A DNA stretch of 33,331 nt, taken from assembly GCF_006345805.1 (NCBI RefSeq), contig NW_021832031.1:1-33331 (forward strand), given 5' to 3'. Under the pieces are notes generated by a model, which saw only the letters and a program-made list of their open reading frames with translations, was not told the origin of the DNA and ran no database searches. The translations under genes were made by a program, and so were the position numbers. The DNA is from Octopus sinensis (lineage: Eukaryota). Of the stretch, positions 21,075 through 32,097 are shown in pieces. How positions within the stretch are numbered: the first letter of the stretch is position 1; each line of letters opens with the position of its first letter.

Positions 21075-21760
21075 ATAATACTACTACTATTACTACTACT
21101 ACTACTACTACTATTACTACTAGTTCTGCTGCTACTTATACCAATAATAATAACATTAATAATAATAATAATAATGATGATACGACTACTACTAACACTA
21201 CTACTACCAATAATAATAATAATAATAATAATAACGATAAGAATAACAACAATAATGATAATACGACTACTACTAACACAACTACTAACAATAATAATAA
21301 TAATAATAATAATAACGATAAGAATAACAACAATAATGATAATACGACTACTACTACCAATAATAATAATAATAATAATAATAATGATAAGAATAACAAC
21401 AATAATGATAGTACAACTACTGCTACGACTAAATCTACAATGATAATTCTGGCAACTACAACAGCTACGACGTCAAAGAAAACAACGTCTCAACAGCAAT
21501 AAAAATGGCGGCATCAAATAGCGCCAAAGACAGAAACAACAGCACTCACATCACAGACAACAGCAATAATATCCGTACAACAACAACTACAGCAACAACA
21601 ACTACAGTAACAGCGACAACAAAGGGAAATAAGGAGAAAGAAGAAGAAAAAAGAAATTTATGGAAATTTCATCATATTTTCGATATCATTATTATTATTA
21701 TATTATTATTATTATTATTTTATTATTATTATTATTATTATTATTATCTGAATAAAATAA
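21000..21760 (+). repeat. Compound trinucleotide region (ACA/ACT/AAT/ATT) with a ~70-bp higher-order unit at ~21160-21420
   Basis: (AAT)7-8-(AAC)GATAAGAATAACAACAATAATGATA occurs three times. Confidence 0.88.
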
Positions 21761-21863
21761 ATATATAATTTAGGAATCTTTGCAATTAAAGTACATGTCA
21801 CGTGTTGAATGATGGTTGACAGCAAAATCAATAAAGTGAAGAGAGAGGTAGTTGAAAATTTTG

Positions 21864-21908
21864 AAAATGATGATGATGATGATGATGAAGGTGGTGCTGG
21901 TGGTAGTG

Positions 21909-21940
<32 letters not shown>

Positions 21941-22026
21941 GATCAACATCACTATCATCAACATCTTCATCATCACCATTTTCGTCGTCGTCGTCATCGT
22001 CGCTGTCCTCATAATAATGATGATGG

Positions 22027-22066
<40 letters not shown>

Positions 22067-22075
22067 CATGATGGC
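21864..22075 (+). repeat. (GAT)n/(CAT)n/(CGT)n trinucleotide array
   Basis: Directly visible; source of the poly-Asp, poly-Met and poly-Ile ORFs. Confidence 0.93.
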
Positions 22076-22078
22076 ATC

Positions 22079-22131
22079 ATTTATTGGCCGCAACGGTCCA
22101 AGACAAGACATGAAGAACAATATCAAAGGAC
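22079..22131 (-). mobile_element. Possible extreme 3' remnant of an L1/Tx1-type LINE
   Basis: Minus strand reads ...GCGGCCAATAAA-TGATGCC-(ATC)n, the same GGCCAATAAA poly(A)-signal end plus triplet tail as at 23216-23235. Confidence 0.35.
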
Positions 22132-22132
22132 G

Positions 22133-22327
22133 GGCACCAGGCAAGAAATTTCGTGGGAGGCGTTTCTTCGTTTATATCGACCCCCAAATACTCAATTGAC
22201 ACCTATTTTATAGACCCCTAATGGATGAAAGTCTAAGTCAACCTCGGTGTAATATTCGAGTTTCGAACGTAAAGACGGATGAAATGTCGCTAAGCATTTT
22301 GTCCGACTTGATAACGATTTTATCAGC

Positions 22328-22328
<1 letters not shown>
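22133..22328 (-). mobile_element. tRNA-derived SINE family A, diverged full-length copy
   Basis: GGCACCAGGCAAGAAATTTCG...TATCGACCCC...TATTTTATAGACCCC...GGATGAAAG...AACGTAAAGACGGATGAAATGTCGCTAAGCATTTTGTCCG aligns with the adjacent copy. Confidence 0.75.
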
Positions 22329-22378
<50 letters not shown>

Positions 22379-22382
22379 GTGT

Positions 22383-22590
22383 CAAATTTTGGCAATAAGC
22401 CCAGCAATTTCGGGGGAAGTAGTAAGTCAATTACATCGACCTCGGTGCTCTACTGGTACTTACGTTATCGACCCCGAAAGAGGATGAAAGGCAATAATAT
22501 CGACCTCGGTCGAATTTGAACTCAGAACATAATGACGGACGAAATGCCGCTAAGCATTTTGACCGGCGTGCAAAGGAGTTTGCTAACTCA
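22383..22590 (-). mobile_element. tRNA-derived SINE family A, full-length copy flanked by (AAT)n
   Basis: B box (reverse complement of GAATTTGAACTC) and body shared with the other copies. Confidence 0.85.
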
Positions 22591-22610
22591 CAATAATAAT
22601 AATAATAATA

Positions 22611-23164
22611 GCCCTGATGCAGTACCAGGCAGTGGCTCTCATGGCTTCTGATCTTAATTGATTGGAAGTGTTATCATGTACATTGTTTTGTCTTGGTATA
22701 AAAGATGGGCTACAGCAAATATTCTGCTCAATACAACAGATTTGCTTGTCAGTTGTTTGACCATAACCAGTTGATTATGTCCCTTAGTGGCTGACGATAT
22801 GTGCATCTCTGATCACGAGCAGAAGTAGTGGGGGAGCATCATAGCCATGTGTTGAGAGATATTCTTTGGAGTTTGAATAATTCACCTCTGGAAACATGGG
22901 TGTTTCGTTCAACATCCTTAAACAACCCTTATTCAGGGACCTTTTGAGTGGGATGGGTTACTCGACCAGAAGAAAATTCTAACTGGGCCCCACCTGCAAG
23001 GTCATGTGCTGTTTATCTTGATTTGAGATCACCATGTCGCGCACATATGGTTGTGATGCATGTGCCTGGTGTACCCTTATCAGACGGGTAGTCATGATGG
23101 ATATACTGGGCTTCGTATATTTTACCCCAGTGTCACTTTGATGGCATGAACTGTTCTCTCACTC
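22611..23164. mobile_element. Unclassified ~555-bp interspersed repeat, copy 1, (AAT)n-flanked
   Basis: GCCCTGATGCAGTACCAGG...CTCTCACTC; highly similar to 23729-24148 and 24183-24704. No Pol III boxes, TIRs or ORF recognised; orientation undetermined. Confidence 0.85.
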
Positions 23165-23208
<44 letters not shown>

Positions 23209-23215
23209 TGATGAT

Positions 23216-23716
23216 CTTTCTTTATTGGCCATAAACAAATTGGGACGATATGACACGTAGGACAAGTGGGGGTAAAGCACAATATTCGTGTACAAAATAA
23301 ATTACGATAACAACAAAGTTTGAAAGACAAAACGAACTTGCCCCAAAAGAGGGTGTTTCTTCCCAGGGCCAACCAGAGGAAACTCACACATCCCAATTAT
23401 TCCGACCGTCAAGGGCACCTCAGGCAGATATCACACTTCCAGTCGACTCTTCTATCCAACAAGCGCATATTCAGGATAAGCCCATTCACATAGTCCAACC
23501 TCACCACGTTCACCCACCAATAAAAATACTGGAGGGCAGCACTCCTCTCTCTCCCTCCCTCACTTTCCTTTTCAAGTGGAACTTGAAAAAGTTGATGATG
23601 ACTTGGCTGAAGAGGAAAGTGTCTGCGTTCAGTCTTTTCAATCTCGTCCACCATATCTCTTTCACGTGACATAGGAAACTGCTTTCCCTTACCGGCCGAA
23701 ACAAGGTGGCACGGCA
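23216..23716 (-). mobile_element. L1/Tx1-type LINE 3' fragment (ORF2 C-terminus, 3' UTR, AATAAA, (ATC/ATT)n tail)
   Basis: FLCHVKEIWWTRLKRLNADTFLFSQVIINFFKFHLKRKVR, then frameshifted WVNVVRLDYVNGLILNMRL; minus strand ends GGCCAATAAAGAAAG-(ATC)(ATT)n; paralogous fragment at 9975-10282. Confidence 0.65.
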
Positions 23717-23728
23717 ATTAATAGTAAT

Positions 23729-24148
23729 AGCAAATATTATGCTCAGTACCACAGATTTGCTTGTCAGTTGTTTGACCTTAACCAGTTGAGCATGTTCTTT
23801 AGTGGCTGACGATATGTGCATCGCTGATCACGAGCAGAAGTAATGGGGGAGCAGCATAGCCATGTGTTTAGAGGGATTCTTTGGGGTGGTTTTTTCAACA
23901 TCCTTAACCCTTATTCAGGGACCGTTTGAGCGGGATGGGCTACTCAACCTGAAGAAAATTCTAACTGGGCCCCACCTGCAAGGTCATGTGCTGTTTATCT
24001 TGATATGAGATCACAATGTCGCTCATATAGGGTTGTGATGCATGTGCCTAGTGTACCCTTATCAACCGGGTAGTCATGGTGGGTATACTGGGCTTTGTAT
24101 ATTTTTTACCCCAGTGTCACTTTGATGGCATGCACTGCTCTCTCACTC
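23729..24148. mobile_element. Unclassified ~555-bp repeat, copy 2 (truncated at its left end)
   Basis: Starts internally at AGCAAATATT; shares a ~30-bp deletion and diagnostic substitutions with copy 3. Confidence 0.85.
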
Positions 24149-24182
<34 letters not shown>

Positions 24183-24704
24183 GCCCTGATGCAGTACCAG
24201 GCAGTGGCTCTCGTGGCTTCTGATCTTAACTGATTGGAAGTGTCATCATGTACATTGTTTTGTCTTGGTATAAAAGATGGGCTACAGCAAATATTCTGCT
24301 CAATACCACAGATTTGCTTGTCAGTTGTTTGACCTTAACCAGTTGAGCATGTCCCTTAGTGGCTGACGATATGTGCATCTCTGATCACGAGCAGAAGTAG
24401 TGGGGGAGCATCATAGCCATGTGTTTAGATGGATTCTTTGGGGTGTTTTTTTCAACATCCTTAACCCTTATTCAGGGACCGTTTGAGCGGGATGGGCTAC
24501 TCAACCTGAAGAAAATTCTAACTGGGCCCCACCTGCAAGGTCATGTGCTGTTTATCTTGATATGAGATCACCATGTCGCTCACATATGGTTGTGATGCAT
24601 GTGCTTAGTGTACCCTTATCAACCGGGTAGTCATGGTGGGTATTCTGGGCTTCGTATATTTTTACCCCGGTGTCACTTTGATGGCATGCACTGCTCTCTC
24701 ACTC
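24183..24704. mobile_element. Unclassified ~555-bp repeat, copy 3 (522 bp)
   Basis: Full termini as in copy 1; flanked by (AAT)n on both sides. Confidence 0.85.
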
Positions 24705-24705
24705 G

Positions 24706-24763
<58 letters not shown>

Positions 24764-25049
24764 CAACAACAGCAATAAACCTTAGAGATCTCCAAAATAG
24801 TTTCGTTTGGCAAAATGATAAAGATCTGTGACTGTGGGTTGTAGAATGACAGGTCATCGGCACCTTTCAGGTGTGAAATGTTGTCATTTTATACAGAAGA
24901 ATTTTTTAGAGTCTCTTCACAACGTTTCCATTTCAATTTTTGATAAGTTTTGAGTTTCGGAATTATCTCCCGTGCCAATGTTTTTTGCTAAATCTTATTA
25001 CAGCGGCTGAGGTCTATCGTTTTGGTTTCCAAAAAAGATCAAAGGCCCT

Positions 25050-25316
25050 TCCCGAACCATAGATCTATAGGGAGGGATTACTCCGAATTCTGTGTCGAAT
25101 AAATATTTCCCTTCCCTAGATACCGGTCGGTCAGAGAATTCATTGTTTTTACCAGCTGAGTGGTCTGGAGTGGTTCGCCACCACCCCCTGATGGAGCTTC
25201 GTGGAGCTTTATATGTTTTCGTTCAATAAACACTCACAACGCCTCTCTGGGAATCGAAACGGTGATCCCACGACCGCGAGCCCGTTGTCCTAGCCACTGG
25301 GCCATTGCGAATCCAC
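25050..25316 (-). mobile_element. SINE family B head (25172-25316) joined to a different 3' segment
   Basis: Reverse complement GCAATGGCCCAGTGGCTAGG...GTTTCGATTCCCAG...GCGTTGTGAGTGTTTATTGA...GCTCCACGA...GGTGGTGGCGA matches 12766-~12908, then diverges into CTCCAGACCACTCAGCTGGTAAAAA. The left boundary is uncertain. Confidence 0.7.
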
Positions 25317-25330
25317 ATGTATGCATGTAT

Positions 25331-25354
25331 CGATAGATAGCTAGATAGATAGAC

Positions 25355-25432
<78 letters not shown>
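25331..25432 (+). repeat. (GATA)n microsatellite
   Basis: Directly visible. Confidence 0.97.
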
Positions 25433-25434
<2 letters not shown>

Positions 25435-26189
25435 AATGAGAAAAGAGGCATACATAGATGATAAGAATATGTACAGAAAGGCAGGCTGACAAGATACTGG
25501 AATATAGAAAATAAAGAGAAAGAGTAAAAGAGCGTATGGGAGAAGAAAAATCACGAGAGGGAAATATAAGGTTGAAATAAGAATATACAAATATATAGAA
25601 ATATAAAATTTAAATGAACCTTTTTAAATGAAATATCTGAAATTGTAAAACGAAAATTGAAAAGTGAAAAATTATACAAACGTGTAAATTACAATATCTG
25701 CCATAGAATAACAATAATATTTTTTACTCGAATGTATGGAATATAGTAGTTACAGTGGTTATAAACTATAAACTGTGTCCAATCTCACACAACCAGTTTC
25801 ACGACAATCCCTGCATCGCTGATGACAGAATTCTGAAAGTTCCCTGTAATTTGAATTTTCTTTATTTTCTTTTATTTCTTTTTCTTTTCCAATATAAAAG
25901 TTATCAAAACTTTTTCCATATCGATCAGTCTTTTAAAGCGGCCCACTTTATCAATTCCTTTTGTTTGCTTTAGGATTTCTGTCTTTGTTTTAGTGTTTTT
26001 ATCGGTATTGTTTGGGTTGGAGGTGGAGGAGATATTTTTTCATTTACGCTTTGACTGTTTTTTGTTCTTTTATTTTTCTATTCGGTATTTTTTCTTTATT
26101 TTTTCTTCTCTCCTCTCCAAGACGATCTGAGAACGTGACAAAAGGCAAAATTTCAAAAGAGGCTCATGACTGCTTTTGACACTTGATTA

Positions 26190-26202
26190 GTTGCTTGGCA
26201 AC
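26190..26202. promoter_or_regulatory. Candidate RFX X-box GTTGCTTGGCAAC, with YY1-like CAATGGCGGC at 26222-26231
   Basis: Matches the imperfectly palindromic RFX consensus (GTTGCC-N-AGCAAC on the minus strand) in non-repetitive sequence; function not demonstrated. Confidence 0.35.
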
Positions 26203-27569
26203 CCCATCGGCTATTTAACAACAATGGCGGCCAATTTTAAAAACTCCGTACTAAGAATAAGAAATCTACACACAACAACAATTATTTCTATTTTAGATTT
26301 TTTGTTGTTGTTCTTGTTGGCGTTGGTCTGGTGTTGCGTGGTGTGGCGAGGCGGAATGTGTTGTGGTGGGTTAGGAGTAATAATGTCTGAAACAAAAGAC
26401 AGTCACGTAAATGAGAACTTATAACAAACAATTGTTGATGTTTCGGTCAACCCGGTAATGTAGGAATGGTGAAAGAATCGCAGAGCTGCACATTCTCGAT
26501 TCAATCCTGGTTCTGTTTTGTTATTTTGTAACCCAACGTCTGACAATTTAGTTTTATTTTATTTTCGTTTTTTACTTTTTATTTCTCTTATTTTTAATCT
26601 TGTATTTTTGGTAATTCTTCACTGTGAGAAACAACTACAGTAACTACAGATGTCTTTTTGTAATTCTACCCGGACAAACCCCACGCAGCCTCGCTTCCCC
26701 CATAATGAGTGATCAACTGAATGAATGATCGTTTGTCTGATTGATGTTTTGTTTGAATTATTAATTACAAAGAGGGCGTAGCTGTGTGATTTTGACGTTC
26801 GCTTAGCTATCCACCGGTTTCTGAAGTTGCAATATGATTCGTGATACTTTGGTTCAAGTTATCTTATCAGCAAAACGGAAAGAAAGTCAGCGTTTTTTAA
26901 CGAAGTTTCTTGTACCTTGTACTGAGTTTCAGACGTTGCATTATTTGTCTCATCGTTAGACATACTATGTAGCAGAGAATGCTTGTAATCAATTGGTTCA
27001 CCAATTATTGGCTGGGACACAGGGTGACGACGAACGAAGATCCAGAAAACAGGAAAAAATACACAAAGGATGTTGAAATGCTCACCCTTCATCAGTCGTC
27101 GACCATAAACCATTATAATTTCGATACCTTATCGATAATATCGTTCCTTTTTTTAGCGTCAACAGCAAAAAACTGCTCAGTTATATATGAGAGAACAGGA
27201 ATGACAGAATGAGACAAGTACAAAAAATGAGTGGGCCTCTTTTTTGTACAGTAAAAAGGATGTGTTATTAGGAGAGCGGAAAAATTTATAATACAAAAAA
27301 GCAAAGAGAGTAACGGAAAAAGTTATGTAATATTTTTATATTTAGAAGGTCCTTCAGCTACGACAGAATTAAGAGTAGACTATATGTTGAATACAATGCA
27401 GGAGCAGATAATCGTAGTATTAGGACATCTAGGAACTTATTTCATGAATAATGTTAATCATTAGTTTATTGTTTTCATGTATATTTTAGAATAATTGAAA
27501 GATAGAAGAGAATGAGAGAGAAAAGGACGAACTTCTTTTCTCAAGTATTCTATTAAAACAAAATATAAA

Positions 27570-27589
27570 AATCTGCGCATGCGCAGATT
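27570..27589. promoter_or_regulatory. Perfect 20-bp palindrome AATCTGCGCATGCGCAGATT containing the NRF1/Ewg consensus TGCGCATGCGCA
   Basis: The sequence match is exact; it may lie within an unrecognised repeat. Confidence 0.35.
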
Positions 27590-28154
27590 CCAAATACTGC
27601 ACACATACATACATACATACATGCACAAATACCCTATTGATGTTGTTGAAATTCCAATGAAGGAGACTTGGATCTAGGTTATTTATTATTCATAAAAATA
27701 AATAACGTACATACATACGTATATACATACAGTGCAGAACTTACAGCTCTTGTACCCTGACTATGAATTCTCATTTGTAACTATTGTCAAATTTGCACAA
27801 AAACCTAGAAATACTCGGTTTCGCAGACAAAAAGCAAAATAAACTGACGCGGATTCTTCAAATCCATTCTATTAGTAACGTGGTGAAAATTTGTAAGACA
27901 TTCCAAAAATTCTCCATCTGAGACTCTTATGTGAATAGACGCACACACTTGGCTGTATGCATCGACAGTTCAACCGACACACCAACTCAATCACATACTT
28001 ACAAATACCGGGAATTCTCTTAACTGAAGAGGTCTGGTTGCTTTGTTAGCGACCGGCTTGAACTCTCTCGAGAAAAACTTAAATAAAACTCACAGAAAAA
28101 CCATACGTATATATATATACATACACACATACTTACAAACACAGATAGACACAC

Positions 28155-28209
28155 GCGCGTACATATGCACATACATACATGCATACATACATACATACAT
28201 ACATACAAA

Positions 28210-28242
<33 letters not shown>

Positions 28243-28355
28243 CATACATACATACATACATACATACATACAAACATACATACATACATACATACATACA
28301 TACATACATACATACATACAAAACATACATACATACATACATACATACGAAACAT
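28155..28355 (+). repeat. (CATA)n microsatellite
   Basis: Directly visible. Confidence 0.96.
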
Positions 28356-28609
28356 ACATGCATGCATATGCGTATAGAAACACATACAAACCGCTAGAAG
28401 ATATAAATAGATGGCGCCGGTGTCCAATCTTCCTGCGGTAGAGTAAACCAACACGTCAGACCGTGCAGCAAGCCAATATCACTGTGACGCTACACATTCT
28501 AAAAGGAATTAACAAAGTTAACCAATTGCCTTGTCGGCGATGTAATACCATCAATGACGTCACCATATTATGATGTTACAATTGATCAGATGCCAACACT
28601 TATACAAAC

Positions 28610-28672
28610 TCTCTTTTCTTCTACCTCTCTTTCCCTCCCTCTCCCTCTTACCCATCTCTTTCTCACTTCTGC

Positions 28673-28709
<37 letters not shown>

Positions 28710-28898
28710 TATTTATCTCTCATCTATCTATCTCTCTGTCATATCACTCTTTCTTTGTGTCTCTCTCCTATCTTTCTCTCTCTCTCTCTCACCTGTCTCT
28801 CTCTCTCTCTCTCTCTCTCTTATCTCTCTCCTTCAATCACTTTTTCTATCTCCCTCTTATCCTTTTTCTTGTATTTCCCTTTCTCTCTCTCACACACA

Positions 28899-28935
<37 letters not shown>

Positions 28936-29721
28936 GTTACTTTCTGTACCTCTCTTTCTCTGTCCCTTTGGCTCTCACTACTTCTACCGCTCCCTCTATT
29001 ATCTCCCTCCTATCTCTCTCGCTCGCTCCCTCTCTCTCTCTATCAACCTCTCTCTCTATCTATCTATCTGTCTATCTATCTGTCTATCTATCTGTCCGTC
29101 TCTCTTTCTCTCTGACTTAGTCTATCTCTCCACTCTCATTCTCTCTCTCTGACTCTCTTTTTCCCTTTCTCTTTCGAACCTTCTTATTTGCTCTCACGCT
29201 TCTTCATGTCTTCCACCATCTCTCTCACTCACTCCCATTATCTCTATCTCTCTCTCAATCTCTCTCTCTCACTCTATCTATCTATCTATCTGTCTGTCTC
29301 TCTGCCCTTCTGCCTTAGTCTCTTTCTCCTCTTTCTCTCTCTCTCTCTCTCTCTCTTACTCTCTTTTTCCTTTTTTCCCTCGAACTTTCTTATTTGCTCT
29401 CACGCTTCTTCATGTCTATCCACCAACTCTCTCACTCTCTCTCTCTTATCTCTGCCTCTCTCTATCTCTCACTCTCTCTCTCTCTCTCTCCGAATACTTA
29501 CCACCCACACACTCACGTCCCTCTCCCCTTCTCACGACACTTCTCTCAAATTATATAATACTATCTTACTATCATTTATTGCTTCAATCATAGAACCCTA
29601 ATACGGAACACCTATTGGCACCCTGCCACCACCTTCTCACACCAGCAAATATTCCTCCATCCTCTCCCAACTTACTCTCTCCCTTCATGCCCCAAATTCC
29701 CCATTCACTCTCTCACTCCTC

Positions 29722-29758
<37 letters not shown>

Positions 29759-29760
29759 CG
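28610..29760 (+). repeat. CT-rich polypyrimidine low-complexity tract with (CT)n and (CTAT)n runs
   Basis: Directly visible; source of the Leu/Ser ORFs at 28554-29797. Confidence 0.94.
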
Positions 29761-29992
29761 CTCTTTCTCTGTTCCTTATGTCTATCTATATGTCTAATTC
29801 TGGCGCTATTTCACCGAACTAAAATTTTCCATTATATTCCGACATTGAAAATCGCTTAACTTGATGGAAGCTATCACGTAACAAACAACTATATATCATG
29901 TCCACTTTCAAATGGCTATATATATATATACACACGTACACGTGTGTGTGTGTGTACTTGCACATATACCTATATACACATAGATGTGTGTG

Positions 29993-30023
<31 letters not shown>

Positions 30024-30171
30024 ATGTATATATAGCTACATAACCTTGGACCCTTTCTTTTCGTCTCATATTCAATATCAAAATATATGTGAAATTTTGT
30101 GAGTGTATGTGGACCTATATTAATCATTATGTATGTGTTTGTATATATGTGTGTCTATAAATATATGTATA

Positions 30172-30218
<47 letters not shown>

Positions 30219-30530
30219 ATATATATATACATGTACATATATATGAATCTATGTATATGACTATATATATTATATATATATATATTATATTTTTATACAT
30301 ACCTACATACGTATATAAATATATGTATATACATATATATTGTACGTTTGAATTTAAAGGTATCTGCATGCACACACACACACACACACTCATATATCTA
30401 TATATATGTATGAGTATACAAGTCAAACACATAGTGAGCGCTATACACTCAGATTTGTATACGCATGTCTATGTACAAAATATATTGCATCAGTGTTCAC
30501 GTCACGTGTGTATATATATATATATATATG

Positions 30531-30561
<31 letters not shown>

Positions 30562-31188
30562 ATGTGCATCTACGTATGTATATGAACGTGTTTATGAGTG
30601 TGTACGGTTAATAATGTGCCATAAAACATGGCGGATAATCAAATGTCTGTAGGTTCGTCTCTGTAGGAGCATTCACCAATCAGCGACTCTCCTTTATAGT
30701 CACCTTCATATGTGCGTACGTGTGGAAAGTATATCAATGAGCTCCGTGTGTGTGTGTGCGTGTGTGCTTGTGTGTACGAGTGTCTGAGTGCCTCTATGAG
30801 TGTGTGCGCGTGTGTGTATATGTGTGTGTATGCGTGTTTGTCCGTGTGTATGTAACCTATAAACATAGTGCAAGATAAAACATGTAATGTCAGTAGATAA
30901 TGACATAAAGTGCTGGGTAAAAGTACAAGAGAAAAGTCACACAAAGTATACATATACACACACATACACACACGGCGCGCACACATACACACGCGCACAC
31001 ACAAGCACGCAGACAAACACACACAAGCAGAGACAAAAACGCACTTGCATATATATGTATCTATATGTTATGTATGTAGTTGTGCGTATGCAAATATTCA
31101 TATATGTATGTGAATATATATATATATTATATATATATATAATATTATATATTATATATATATATATATTATATATATAATGTATGCA

Positions 31189-31200
31189 GATAGATAGATC

Positions 31201-31291
<91 letters not shown>
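31189..31291 (+). repeat. (GATA)n microsatellite
   Basis: Directly visible. Confidence 0.97.
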
Positions 31292-31744
31292 GTTCAAGTA
31301 TATGGATATATGTACGTATGTAGGCATATGTGAAAAGGTAGGCGTGTAGGGGTGGGTGTGTTTGCGTGTGTGTATGTGTGTGTGTTTAATATGAATATCT
31401 TTTTTATTTAATTATAAATCTGTCTGCAGATCAAGTCTTTTTTTCACCGTTATATGCTTATCTTCGTATCTAGGAACCGATGCGCAAGATATACTATTCA
31501 CACACATGTATGTATGTATATATATCAACTTATAAACATGCATGTTCAAACATAGATAGGTAGATAGAAAGATAGATAGATAGATAGATAGATAAAACAT
31601 ATATATAAACATATAAAATATATATACACAAAGGCATATAGCAAACACACATACGCACACACACGCATATGCACATGTATGTTTATGTAATAAAATATAT
31701 ATATATATTATATATATAATATATACAGACACAGACACATACAT

Positions 31745-31839
31745 CCCCACACATACAAACATACATACATACATAATACATACATACATTACATACATAC
31801 CATAACATATATAATACATACATACATACATACATACAT

Positions 31840-31870
<31 letters not shown>

Positions 31871-31934
31871 TACATACATACATACATACATACATACATA
31901 CATACATACATACGTACGTACATACATACATACA

Positions 31935-31968
<34 letters not shown>

Positions 31969-32097
31969 CATACGTACATACATACATACATACATACACA
32001 CACACACATACATACATACATACATACATACATACATACATACATACATACATACATACATACATACATACGTACATACATACATACATACATACAT
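31745..32097 (+). repeat. (CATA)n microsatellite with (CA)n interruptions
   Basis: Directly visible. Confidence 0.96.

Noticed and set aside
21809-22213. 134-aa acidic/His-rich ORF
   Set aside because: Derived from a (GAT)n array running into SINE family A sequence.
22611-22680. CCCTGATG at the start of the 555-bp repeat as a hammerhead ribozyme core
   Set aside because: The core reads CTGATGC rather than CTGATGA, and no appropriately placed GAAA or stem II/III was found.
22079-24760. Repeat-spacer-like architecture suggestive of a CRISPR array
   Set aside because: Eukaryotic context; the short repeats are (AAT)n microsatellites and the intervening units are interspersed TEs of 200-555 bp.
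2138-30634. Apparent window-wide excess of YY1-like ATGGCG motifs (roughly a dozen)
   Set aside because: A rough expectation is several hits by chance, and some lie in repeats; not convincing without a proper background model.
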